From: Octopus sinensis | Lineage: Eukaryota | Length of the DNA: 64,000 nt | Assembly (NCBI RefSeq): GCF_006345805.1 | Contig: NC_042998.1 | Coordinates: 20,708,001-20,772,000 of the forward strand | Direction of reading: 5' to 3' | Part shown: in pieces, positions 1-14,000 of the stretch | Layout: each line of letters opens with the position of its first letter | Numbering within the stretch: the stretch's first letter is position 1 | Translations under genes and position numbers: made by a program | Notes under the pieces: generated by a model | Database searches by the model: none | What the model was told of the DNA's origin: nothing | Seen by the model: only the letters and a program-made list of their open reading frames with translations

Positions 1-551
1 TGAAGATCTCTTCCAACTCTCAATAAAGAAATGCAAACAATGTCTGTGTAAAATGTGCAAATATAAGTGCAGGCATGGCTGCGTGGTTAAGAAAGTATGC
101 ATCCCAACCACATGGTTCCAGGTTCAGTCCCACTGCATGGCACCTTGGACAAGTGTCTTCTACAATAGCCCCAAGCCAACCAAAACCTTGTGCATGGATT
201 TGGTAGATGGAAACTGAAAGAAGCCTATCATATGGGTGTATGTGTGTATGCATGTGTGTGTATGCCTTTGTCCCCCGACACCACTTAATAACCAGTGTTG
301 GTGTGTTTATGTCCCTGTAACCTGGCAGTTCAGCAAACAAGGCCGACAGAATAAGTACGAGGCTTAACAACAGAGTAAGTACTGAAGTCAATTTGTTGAA
401 CTAAAATTCTTCGAGGTGGTGCCCCAGCATGGCCACAGTCTAATGGTTGAAACGAGTAAAAGATAAAAGACATAAATCATTTTTATAAGGGGCAAGTTAG
501 CAACACAAACTGAAATATGAACAAGAAAAAGAAAAAAATGTGGGGCCTTAC

Positions 552-672
552 AGCGGACACCTTCTTCCATGTCCCATCGAGCGTCAATGATGTCTGGTTG
601 TCGACTGAACAGTGTGAATGTGATGTCATAATGGGTGTGAAACCGCAGTGATCGCATGCTCTCTTTGTCAGG
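552..672 (-). CDS. PIGS: PIGS exon 7 (PDKESMRSLRFHTHYDITFTLFSRQPDIIDARWDMEEGVR)
   Basis: acceptor ctgtttccag|CCT, donor T|GTAAGG; matches the PIG-S YEITFSL...WDIEGAVR block. Confidence 0.92.
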
Positions 673-2480
673 CTGGAAACAGAACAGGAGAAACTTTTTA
701 TTTTTGTGTTACCAACATAGAAGTAGATAGATTCATTTATCGGCATTATTTTAACTACAAAAAGGCGGCGAGCTGGCAGAATCGTTAGCACGCAGGGCGA
801 AATGCTTGGCGGTTTTTCCTCTGCCACTACGTTCTGAGTTCAAATTACACCGAAGTCGACTTTGCCTTTCATCCTTTCGGGGTCGATTAAATAAGTACCA
901 GTTATGCACTGGGGTCGATGTAATCAACTTAATACCTATGTCTGTCCTTGTTTGTCCCCTCTGTGTTTAGCCCCTTGTGGGTAGTAAAGAAATAGGTATT
1001 TCATCTACCGCTACATTCCGAGTTCAAATCCTGCTGAGGTCGGCTTTGTGTTCATCTTTTCGAGGTCGATGAATTAAGTACCAGTCATGTACTGAGGTCG
1101 ATGTAATTGACTCTCCCCTTGCTCAAATTTCAGGCCTTGTGCCTATAACAGAAACGATTATTTTAACTACAAAAAGGCGACGAGCTGGCAGAATCGTTAG
1201 CATGCCAGGCAAAATGCTTAACAGTATTTCGTCTACCGCTACATTCTGAGTTCAAATTCTGCTGAGGTCGGCTTTGCTTTCATCTTTTCGAGGTCGATGA
1301 ATTAAGTACCAGTCATGTACTGGGGTCGATGTAATTGACTCTCCCCTTGCTCAAATTTCAGGCCTTGTGCCTATAACAGAAACGATTATTTTAACTACAA
1401 AAAGGCGACGAGCTGGCAGAATCGTTAGCATGCCAGGCAAAATGCTTAACAGTATTTCGTCTACCGCTACATTCTGAGTTCAAATTCTGCTGAGGTCGGC
1501 TTTGCTTTCATCTTTTCGAGGTCGATGAATTAAGTACCAGTCATGTACTGGGGTCGATGTAATTGACTCTCCCCTTGCTCAAATTTCAGGCCTTGTGCCT
1601 ATACAGAAACGATTATTTTAACTACAAAAAGGCGACGAGCTGGCAGAATCGTTAGCATGCCAGGCAAAATGCTTAACAGTATTTCGTCTACCGCTACATT
1701 CTGAGTTCAAATTCTGCTGAGGTCGGCTTTGCTTTCTTTCATCTTTTCGAGGTCGATGAATTAAGTACCAGTCATGTACTGGGGTCGATGTAATTGACTC
1801 TCCCCTTGCTCAAATTTCAGGCCTTGTGCCTATAACAGAAACGATTATTTTAACTACAAAAAGGCGACGAGCTGGCAGAATCGTTAGCATGCCAGGCAAA
1901 ATGCTTAACAGTATTTCGTCTACCGCTACATTCTGAGTTCAAATTCTGCTGAGGTCGGCTTTGCTTTCATCTTTTCGAGGTCGATGAATTAAGTACCAGT
2001 CATGTACTGGGGTCGATGTAATTGACTCTCCCCTTGCTCAAATTTCAGGCCTTGTGCCTATAACAGAAACGATTATTTTAACTACAAAAAGGCGACGAGC
2101 TGGCAGAATCGTTAGCATGCCAGGCAAAATGCTTAACAGTATTTCGTCTACCGCTACATTCTGAGTTCAAATTCTGCTGAGGTCGGCTTTGCGTTCATCT
2201 TTTCGAGGTCGATGAATTAAGTACCAGTCATGTACTGGGGTCGATGTAATCGATTCTTCCCCTACCCCAAATTTCAGGCCTTGTTCTTATAACAGCAGCT
2301 GAATGTATTGCAGCAACATGAAACAAAATGTTTTGTTCAAGAACACAAAGCACAACCAGTCTGGGAATTGAAACTACAATCTCACAATCATGAGTGCAAT
2401 ACATGAAACCACTAAGCCATGTGCCTTCACACACACACACACATATACTCACATTATATATATATACATACATACATATA

Positions 2481-2520
<40 letters not shown>

Positions 2521-2896
2521 GGTATGTAGAAAAATACAACATGGACAAGAACGTATAACTCTTAGAAGACGATACAATAAACATGGACAGGACATTCGAA
2601 CCCCTCAGTCTTCAGTCAAGAACCGGATCATCGTAGTAATTTCGGCTGATTAATCTTGAGATTACTAGATCACGGCCAGCCCTCCAAGAAAAACTAAGCA
2701 ACGAGCATTAGAAAAACTAAGCTGGAAGCGTAGATTTCCTGGAAGAAGGATCGAATGCATACGAACACCAGGACAGCAAAAGGGACAGATATAAAAAAAA
2801 CAAAAAACAATAATGGAATACAGAAACATGAAATACAGAAGCATTAACGGTGAAAACAACAAGTGTCTTTCTTACGACTGATAACAAGCAACAAAT

Positions 2897-2966
<70 letters not shown>

Positions 2967-4644
2967 AGTATAGTATAGAACAATCAGTAAGTTGTCATAA
3001 TAGGACTCAGAGTTTCGAATGCCACGATGCATTTTCGTCGGCTATTTTGACAATAGATGCTATGAGAAAAAAATAAACTGTTGGATAAAAGGGAAGTTAC
3101 TCTCATAGGCAGGAAAATTATAAAAGATAAACATAAAATATTAAAATTGTAAAAAAATACATGCAACCATATTCTCACAATACATATAAAGTACTCATCT
3201 GAGTCCTATTATGACAACTTGCTATTTACTTAATATCGAGGTCTCATTCATTTGTTGTCATTTTATTATTATTAATATATATATATACTAGCAATATCAC
3301 CCGGCGTTGCTCGGGTTTGTAAGGGAAATAACTATATAAGCATTTTTAGAGAGTTATAGCCAAATATAGCAAAAACATGCATTAAAAATGGAAAAAAATG
3401 ATGGTAAATTTTTTTTTAAATCGTTGACTCATCGTAGACATTTCTAGAGAGTTACTTCCCTTATATAATAGCGAAAAAAATGCATTAAAATGGAAAAAAA
3501 TTATGGTAAATTTTTTTTTAAATCGTAGACTCATCGTAGACGCGCGCTAATACCCAGAAGGGCTCGATATGAATCACGACTATAAGATACCCGGTTTTGG
3601 TTAAACTGCACCGCAAAATGTGGGAGTAGTTAGGAATCTAATTCGTAGGAGACAGACACACAACCTTACTTTTATATATAAAGATATATATATCATCATC
3701 ATCATCATCATCATCATTTAGCGTCCGTTTTCCATGCTAGCATGGGTTGGACGGTTCAACTGGGGTCTGGGGAGCCCGAAGGCTGCACCAGGCCAGTCAG
3801 ATCTGGCAGTGTTTCTACAGCTGGATGCCCTTCCTAACGCCAACCACTCCGAGAGTGTAGTGGGTGATTTTATGTGCCACCGACACAGGTGCCAGACGAG
3901 GCTGGCGAACGGCCACGCTCGGATGGTGTTTTTATGTGCCACCGACACAGGTGCCAGACGAGGCTGGCAGACGGCCACGCTCGGATGGTGTTTTTTATGG
4001 TGCCACCGACACAGGTGCCAGATGAGGCTGGCAGGTGCCAGACGAGGCTGGCAGACGGCCACGCTCGGATGGTGTTTTTATGTGCCACCGACACAGGTGC
4101 CAGATGAGGCTGGCGGACGGCCACGATCGGATGGTGTTTGTTACGTCCCCAAAGCACGGAGGCCAGTCTACGCGGTACTGGCTACGGCCACGTTCGGATG
4201 ATTTTCTTGTGTGCCACCGGCACTGGTACCACAAAGATACAAATTCCATTTATGTTCATCTATTTTGATTTGTTTTATATATATATATCACTGTGATTAC
4301 CATGACCGACCAGGCTATCAGATGTTGCTACACATCACTGGTCACAATATGCTTCACACTGTTTTAGCCTTCAAATGACGCCACCCCGCTAGCTAAGCAA
4401 GCAGGCAAATATATATATATATTCTTTTATTTTTTTCAATCATTTGACTGTGGGCATGCTGGAGCACCGCCTTTAGTCAAACAAATCAACCCCAGGGGTT
4501 ATTCTTTGTAAGCCTAGTAATTATTGTATCAATCTCTTTTTTTGCCGAATCACTAAGTTACAGGGACATAAACACACCAACATTGGTTGTCAAGCGACGG
4601 TGGGGGGAAACACAGACACAGAAACATATATATAAATGTATGTA

Positions 4645-4703
<59 letters not shown>

Positions 4704-4758
4704 TATATATATAATGTCCACCCATGCTAGCATGGAAAGCAGATGCTAAACGATGATG

Positions 4759-4793
<35 letters not shown>

Positions 4794-4964
4794 ATATTAT
4801 ATTACACAACAGGCTTCTTTGAGCTTCCATCTACTAAATCCACTCACAAGGCTTTGGTCGGCCTGAGGCTGTAACAGAAGACAGCTGCCCCAGGTGGCAC
4901 ACAGTGGGACTGAACCCGGAACCATGTGGTAGGGAAGCAATCTTCTTACCACACAGTCGCACTT

Positions 4965-5017
<53 letters not shown>

Positions 5018-8000
5018 CACACACTCAACAGGCTTCCATACAGTTTCTATCAACTAATTTCACTCATGAAGCATCAGTCAGTCTGGGGCTATAGTAAGAA
5101 ACACAAAATGGAGCTGAACCTGGAACCATGTGGTAGCAAAGCAAGTTTCTTAACCACACAGTTGAGAAAAAAATAAAGATAAAACACAAACTATTAAGTC
5201 ACCTGTAAAACAGCAAAGGTGGGAAAATCACATTATGAACAAGAGAACTCCAGATGTGATTAAGAGATCATCACAATGATGAGTAAATTGATATTTATAT
5301 AACCAATAATTTTCTTTATTTTTTATTTTTAACTACCCACAAGGGGCTACACACAGAGAGGACAAACAAGGACAGACAAACGGATTAATTCGATTACATC
5401 GACCCCAGTGCATAACTGGTACTAAATTTATTGACCCCGAAAGGATGAAAGGCAAAGTTGACCTCAGCAGAATTTGAACTCAGAACGTAACGGCAGACAA
5501 AATATCTATTTCTTTACTACCCACAAGGGGCTACACACAGAGAGGACAAACAAGGACAGACAAACGGATTAAGTCGATTATATCGACTCCAGTGCATAAC
5601 TGGTACTTAATTTATCGACCCCGAAAGGATGAAAGGCAAAGTTGACCTCAGCGGAATTTGAACTCAGAACGTAACAGCAGATGAAATACGGGTACGCATT
5701 TCGCCTGGCGTGCTAACGTTTCTGCCAGCTCGCCACCTTATATATATATATATATAACCAATACTGGAGCTTCACAGATCTTAATGAATTAAGAAAGGAG
5801 ACTTCATAAACGAGTGAAGTAACTTCCTCAGTCAGTAAGACTTAACTTTATAAAGAAAAAAACCTACCTGTTATATGGCAAAATTTCTTTTTTATCGTCA
5901 TCATCATTTAATGTCCATTGTCCATGCCGGCATGGGTTGGACAGTTTTACTGTGCTGGAACACTGGAAGGCTGCACCAGACTCCAGTCTGATCTGGCATG
6001 GTTTTCTATACCTGAATCAGACTGGAGTGTCTGATGCAGCCTTCCAGTGTGCCAGCCCAGTCAAGCCGTCCAACCCATGGACAACAGATGTATGATGATG
6101 ATGATTAAAAGAAAATAGTTATGAAGGTCAGAAATAGGGTATCCATAAGCTTTAAGAGAATACAATAGAAATAAGTAAAGGTAAAAAAATGTGGTATACC
6201 TTGAGTTGCTTAAGACCGGCACTAGCCTCGTAGAGTCTTTCAAGTGGATGATGGCGACTCAGAACATTGTGGAACAATCTGGCTATCTTAGCACTTGACC
6301 CTACAACATCTGAAAGTGGAAAAGAAAATACTGTTTTAATTCTTTGCACAACAATTAACCTTTAGTACACTGCATTTTTTTTTCTAGAATTCTTTCCCCT
6401 GCCACTACCCTGCAACCTCAGGAGAGAGAACTCATATGGCAACTTGATGCACCTACAGTATGCTAAAGGTTAATCACGAGATTAGTTAATTCAGAATGGT
6501 TCCTTTTTGTACAGAGAATTGTGTAGGAAGATCATTGTTAATCTTTTGTTACCATATTTCTGTTGAAATACATTACTTTCATCATTATTTAACATCCACT
6601 TTCCATGCTAGCATGGGTTGGACGATTTGACTGAGGACTGGCAAACCAGATGGCTGCACCAGGCTCCAATCTTGTTCTAGCAGAGTTTCTACAGCTGGAT
6701 ACCTTCCTAACACCAACCACTCCGAGAGTGTAATGGGTGCTTTCACGTGCCACCGGCATGAGGGCCAGTCAGGCAGTACTGGCAATGGTCATGCTCAAAT
6801 GGTGTCTTTTACATGCCACCTGCACAGGAGCCAGTCCAGCGACACTGGCAATGACCTTGCTCGAATGTCTTTTCACGTGCCACCGGCACAAGTGCCAGTA
6901 AGGCCACGCTGGTAATGATCACACTTGAATGGTGCTTTTTACATGCCACTGGCACGGGAGCCAGTTTGTTGCTCTGGCAATGATCACGCTCAGATGGTGC
7001 CCTTAGCGCTCCACTAGCACAGATGCCAGTCATCGAATTTTAATTTTGATTATTTCAATTAATATTGAAAATAAGAAAGAATTTGATACAATGACTTACA
7101 TTATTAAGCTGGTGCTTAGAACATGAATTAACACAAGATTTTAATGGAAAGCTTTAATTTATATCACTTTCAATAGAAAGTTTATAACACAAAATAAGGG
7201 GCAGCTGCAAGATATCAAAAGGTTTAATTCCATTTGGTGCTGAAGCCACATAAAAAGCACCCAGTTGACTTTATAAAGTGGTTGGCATTAGGAAGGGCAT
7301 CCAGTTGTAGAAACCATGCCAAACCAGATTATGGAACCTAGGGTGGCTCATGGCCTTGGCAGCTCGTGTCAAACAGTGCAACCCATGCCAGCATGGGAAA
7401 CAAACACTAAATGATGATGATGATCTTGTTGTTGTCTAACCCCAAAAGTCAAACAAATCTATGATCAAAGTTATTCCAACCATGACTGAGCCACCTGTTT
7501 AGGGGGTGTCTCAGAATACATTATTCAAATGTCATTCTCTTATTTGGCTGGATGTGTTTGAGGGAGATATGGCTACTATTTTTGGCAGGTTTGACAACCA
7601 CATAGAAGCATTCTCGGTGCCTTGTAATTCTCAGTGTTGGATAAGAAGATAATTACTCTCTCCTTAAAAAGTATCACACAAGATAACTAAATTAATTAAA
7701 AAAGCTTGTCTTCCAATCTATAATAAATACTTAGTGTTATTTTTAACCAGGGACTGTGTTGACCTGTAGCAAGAGTATGTAAGTATGACTACACACAAGG
7801 CTGTAATACAGTAAACTATAGAAATAAAAACTTAGAAGTGATTTTCTCCCCTTAAGCACATAACATCTCTCTTCCTTCCTCTCTTTCTCTCTCTCTACTC
7901 CTCTTTCTCTTTTACTGTTCTAGCAGTCTCTACTGAACAAAAGGCTTTCATTTTTACGGAGATGTACTTGCATAGCAAGTGACCTGATCTGAGATCGTGT

Positions 8001-11000
8001 GCTGGAACATAAACAATTGCAGTGGGGGAAGGTGTTTATAAGCCATTTAAGAAACACACAAAAACTGTTAGATTCACTTCAACATTTAAATTTAATTTGT
8101 CAAAATATTTTCGCCACTTTGAGACCGTGACCTGTTCACTGACAAAATTCTGTGCTGCATCTACTAATTTAAAATCTAATTTTGGGTCAATATAAACAAT
8201 ATATTGTTGTTATCAGCACTGATCAAGTAGGCTTATAATGATTAAAGGTGTTCCATCCATGACCAACTCATCTTTTTATACAATTATGACCACATTTTCC
8301 AAAGTGTCCATCCTTCCGTTAAGACGAAAAGTTTGATTTGAGGATAATATGGCTGCTGTTTTTAAAGGGTTGACAACCTGCAGAGATGCTACCCAACTGG
8401 CTCCATCATCATCATTTATTTTCCACATTATGTGGAATAGGCGCAGGAGTGGCTGTGTGGTAAGTAGCTTGCTTACCAACCACATGGTTCCAGGTTCAAT
8501 CCCACTGCGTGGCACCTTGGGCAAGTGTCTTCTACTATAGCCTCGGGCCAACCAAAGCCTTGTGAGTGGATTTGGTAGACGAAAACTGAAAGAAGCCCGT
8601 CGTCTATATGTATATATATGTGTGTGCGTATGTGTTTATGTGTCTGTGTTTGTCCCCCTAGCATTGCTTGACAACCGATGCTGGTGTGTTTACGTCCCCG
8701 TCACTTAGCGGTTTGGCAAAGGAGACCGATAGAATAAGTACTGGGCTTACAAAGAATAAGTCCCGGGGTCGATTTGCTCGACTAAAGGCAATGCTCCAGC
8801 ATGGCCGCAGTCAAATGACTGAAACAAGTAAAAGAGTAAAGAGAGTATTATAGATGATGATGATGATACTTCAGTTCACCCAGCAGGTAAAATTAGTAAT
8901 CCCGCAACGGACTGATGTCCTGTCCAGAGGCAGACATACACCAGAGAAACCAGGAAACCAGCCTTATGCTCCCTAAATGACTAATAAGGACTAACAATAG
9001 TCATTAGACTGCAGCCATGCTGGGGCACTGTTTTAAGTTACATAGACGCACATTTCACAATAGCAGCAAAGAAGAAAATGGTTAGGCAAACGAACAAATT
9101 AAAGAGAACCTGTGTTACCTTTTGGTATTGAACAAACAAAGATGACATTGAACTGTCCTAGGTAAGGTGTGTTCTCTTTCAGAGGATGGTCATCAGGTAG
9201 CAAAATTACATGATATCCTGAAGATTGCGTAAACAGATCTTCTCCTAACTTGCTGTCAGCATCTGCAAAACAAGGTGAAATGTAATCAAAAGAAAATAAA
9301 ACGAGAACCAGGCAGAAAAAGAGTGGCTGTGTGGTAAGTAGCTTTCTTACCAACCACATGGTTTCGAGTTCGTTCCCACTGCGTGGTACCTTGGGCAAGT
9401 GTCTTCTACTATAGTCTCGGGCCGACCAAAGGTTTGTGAGTGGATTTAGTAGACAGAAACTGAAAGAAACCCACCGTATGTGTGTGCATGTGTGTGCATG
9501 TGTGTGTATGTGTGCGTGCATGCATGCACACACAAATGTTTACTATCTGAAATTCTCTGTCAAATCACTGAGTTATAGATGAGGATCATCATCATCATCA
9601 ATTAACATCTTTTTTCCATGCTGACAGGAGCTGGTAAGGCCAGGAGCAACACCAGATACCACAGTCATTTTTGGCTTGGTTTCTACAGCTGGATGCCCTT
9701 CCTGACACCAACCACTTTACGGAATGTACTGGGTGTTCTTAACGTGGCACCAGCACCAATGACCCCCATGGACAAGTTGTTCACAATTCTCTGCCAACAA
9801 ACAACTAAGCTCTGTGCTTTCAAAGATGAATGTACTGAAAATACTCTTACTTAAAAAAAACCAGTAAGGGTTAGCAACAGGAAAGGCATCCAACTGTAAA
9901 ATCAACGCCTCAGTAACATAAGTTTGTCTAATCCATGCTTCCATTAAATATGTGCCTCGCCTGTGCTTGTGCCATGTAAAAAGCACTAAGTCTACTCTGC
10001 TGAGTGGTTGGTGTTACGAAGGACATCAAGCTGTAAAGATCCTACCAAAACAGTCACAGAAATCTGGTGCAGGCTTCTGACTGGTCAACTCTTGTGAAAC
10101 TGTCCCACTCATGCTTGCCTGGAAGGTGGACATTAAAGTCGCCGTTGCCAGCCTCGCCTGGTCCCCGTGCCGGTGGCACGTAAAAAGCACCATCCGATCG
10201 TGGCCGTTTGCCAGCCTTTCTGGCACGTAAAAAGCACCCACTACACACACGGAGTGGTTGGCACTAGGAAGGGCATCATCATCATCATCATCATCATCGT
10301 TTAACGTCCGTTCTCCATGCTAGCATGGGTTGGATGGTTCGACCGGGGATCTGGGAAGCCAGAAGGCTGCACCAGGCTCCAGTCTTATCTGGCAATGTTT
10401 CTACAGCTGGATGCCCTTCCAGCCGTAGAAACATTGCCAGATCAGACTGGGCCTGGTGCAGCCTCCTGGCTTCCCAGACCCCAGTTGAACCGTCCAACCT
10501 ATGCTAGCATGGAAAACGGACACATGATGATGATGATGATGATCATGGTGCCTGAACTAAATTCGATAGTTTACATAAAAGGAAAATAAAATAGTATTTT
10601 AAAAAACCAAAACATATCAACTATTAGATTATGGTTGGGACATACTCAAAGTAGCTGCCCTCAGCTTCCACTATGGCCTCAAGATGGCTCCTGAACCTGG
10701 TGCACACATTCTTCACTGTGTCCCTGGGAAAGTTCCAACACCTCCTTGATTGTGGCTACCAGCTTAGCTTTGGTGTTGCAAGCTGAGCAATTGAGTCTTT
10801 TTCAAACATGTCCCACACATAGAAATCCATGGGATTACAATCGGAGGAGAGGGGGTAAGAAGGCCAGAAATTGGGGCTCGCGAAGACATAGAAATCCCCA
10901 GACAACCCACCTTTTACTCATTTTGGAGGTACGGCAAGGAGACAAATCCTCCTGTTAAACATATGGCCTTCCAGCAGCAATCCTCTCCAATCAGGGTTTG

Positions 11001-14000
11001 ACCACAGTCTCTAACAGTTCCACATAGCTGTCTGAATTGGGCCTAAGGCCCTGTTCATCAGTTGTTAGATGAATTCCCTTGTGTGGATGCAGTCAGAATG
11101 CATGCTGTGTCCTTTCGTGTTGTCTACAGCTTCATGGTCTCTGATGCAGCCATCCTTGTCATATCTTACAGCTTTTACAGTGTTCACAGAGCAGTGAGCA
11201 ACATCTCAGCTGATGAACTCTCTAGCCTACATCGGGTGTCCTGGGGAAATTTCGAATGTGGGTTCTCATTCCTAAGGTATTTTCCCGATGTTATTATTAT
11301 TATTATTATGTTTTTTCCTTCTTTCTTCAAATTTTCTTCTGTTTCTCGCCGAGTGTTTTCCATACACCTAGGGCAGAGAAGCTCGTTGTATGCATTCCCA
11401 AATTACACGTGCAAATTCACAGATAAAATATGTAATTAAAAATTAATAAATAAATAAATTCATGGATGGATGTTGTTTTCACAGCGATAATGCTCTTCTC
11501 GGTACATGAGCCATTCCAGTTAATACGATTTTTTTGTACTTCCTGTAGGGATGGTAAGCCTGGAATCATTTTATTATTATTATTATCATTATTATTATTC
11601 AGGTCACTGCTTGGAATCGAACTCGGAATCTTGGGATTAGTAGCCTGCGCTCTTAACCACTACACCATATGCCCGTAGGCAGTGACCTGAATAATAATAA
11701 TAATAGCAACATCAACATCGGAAAAATACCTTAGAAATGAGAACCCAGGTTCAAAATTCTCATAGGACACCTGATGAAGGCTGGAGAGTACATCAGCCGA
11801 AACGTTGTGTTAACAACAAACAAGATGAGGACATGTCCGTCAATTGTAAACAATGTACATAATTCCTCATCTCTCAAATATAAAACTGTATTATATAACA
11901 AATTGTTTTTCTTGTTCTTTTTTCTCTCAATAGATTTTTTTTTTTTTTTAGCAAACTGTCACTTGTTCACACATAAATGTGATTATTTATTGTTAGTGTC
12001 AAGGTGACACAGAGACATCAAAGCAGTCAAGTTATTATACTGCAATATTCCCCTTCCCTGACTAAGGCCTCAATTTTAACCACACTTAACTTCCTGAATG
12101 CACCTACTAATAACCAGCTGTCGCTTTTTAACTAACTCCTTCACCAGCCACATTTCTAGACATTGATCTATTACCTTCCTTCTCCTCCTCTTTAAACTTT
12201 TATGCTAATTTATTGCTCTTTCTCTCTCTCTTTCCACTAAACTGACACACTTTTTCCAATGATCTGCTCCAGCGACTGGACTCTTCAATTACTGGTAACA
12301 CATTAACCCTTTCGTTACTAACCCGGCTGAACCTGGCTCTGGCTCTGAGTACAAATGTCTTGTTTACATAAGTTTTGAATTAAAATCTTCCACCAAACCC
12401 TAGTCACAATTTATGTTCCTAACACTAGCTGAATGATAACTAAGTTATTTTACGAAATTCTTTGTTCTATTTAAAGTAATTGAAAGAAACACAGAGCATC
12501 TCAAAATAAGTACAGTAACAAAAGGGTTAAAATCAGTCCTTCCCTCCACACAAACCACACACATATATAAACTGGACCTTCTTTTCCTTAGGATGTTGCA
12601 CTCTGGCAAAAAAAAAAGATAGGGCAGGAGTGGCTGCGTGGTAAGTAGCTTGTTTACCAACCACATGGTTCCAGGTCCAGTCCCACTACGTGGCACCTTG
12701 GGCAAGTGTCTTCTACTATAGCCTCGGGCCGACCAAAGCCTTGTGAGTGGATTTGGTAGACGGAAACTGAAAGAAGCCCGTCGTATATATGTATATATAT
12801 ATATATGTGCGTGTATGTTTGTGTGTCTGTGTTTGTCCCCTAGCATTGCTTGACAACTGATGCTGGTGTGTTTATGTCCCCGTCACTTAGCGGTTCAGCA
12901 AAATGAGACCGATAGAATAAGTACTGGGCTTACAAAGAATAAGTCCCGGGGTCGAGTTGCTCGATTAAAGGCGGTGCTCCAGCATGGCCGCAGTCAAATG
13001 ACTGAAACAAGTAAAAGAGTAAAAAGTATACCTGATTTACGGTAACTTTAATACCAGTACAAATGGAAGTACACTTAGGTAAAACGTGGACTGCATTCAG
13101 TTCAAGTTTCATGCATGATAAACGAACATAATATCAAGGCCTCAGCTAACAACAACACCTTTCAATAGAGGCAGGGAATGAAAACTCAGGGACACCATCT
13201 GCATGAAAAACGATAGTTAAGTCATTATTAAAATATTCAATGCTATACACATTAAAAAGATAACTATTGCTTTTTATGTAGACAACATCACCAAGTTATT
13301 TATTTTCTATACAGGGCTTAGGAAAAAGGGAAGGACCGCTGCAGTATGTGTGTGAATGTGAGAGAGGAATCATCATCATCATCATCATCATCGTTTAGCA
13401 TCCGCTTTCCATGCTAGCATGGGTTGGACAGTTCAACTGGGGTCTGGGAAGCCAGAAGGCTGCACCAGGCCCAGTCTGATCTGGCAATGTTTCTACAGCT
13501 GGATGCCCTTCCTAACGCCAACCACTCCGTGAGTGTAGTGGGTGCTTTTTACGTGCCACCGGCACAGGTGCCAGACGAGGCTGGCAAACGGCCATGAGCG
13601 GATGGTGCTTTTTACGTGCCACCGGCACGGGGGCCAGTTGGGGCAACTGATCCTCCTGTATTTTCTTTTACCCAAAGCCAGTAACTTTTCAACTTACAGC
13701 TAGTTGAACTGGGTTATTTAAGAGTTGTATCTTTCACCACAGATACAACTCAATGCTAATGACAGGATATATAAACTGCTAACATAAACCTGAATAAATA
13801 ATTTCAGACTTATTTTGATCTCACCAGGCCTCCTCAGCAAAGCATATACTTCATAATATTCAACAAAGCCATGATGAAAGAATCCTGAAGTAGATATATA
13901 ATAATGTACTTGCATAGGAGCGAAAAATTAGAACAAGGTCTTATCACAAAAGTATTGGGACTGTTGCTATGGTAACACAGCTAATGTACACAGGGTGAAG

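Noticed and set aside
2585-2625. CTGAAGA hammerhead-like core on the minus strand
   Set aside because: Followed by GAAT rather than GAAA, with no stem I partner.
3870-4200. CRISPR-like repeat/spacer appearance
   Set aside because: The whole unit is repeated with no unique spacers, the context is eukaryotic and there are no cas genes.
3718-4268. Multiple overlapping ORFs such as CHRHRCQTRLA repeats
   Set aside because: They derive from the internal minisatellite of the family C element; the same peptides recur at every copy.
12575-12606. Short exon-like segment in PIGS intron 4
   Set aside because: Weak donor (GTCCAG), and 25 nt would shift the frame.
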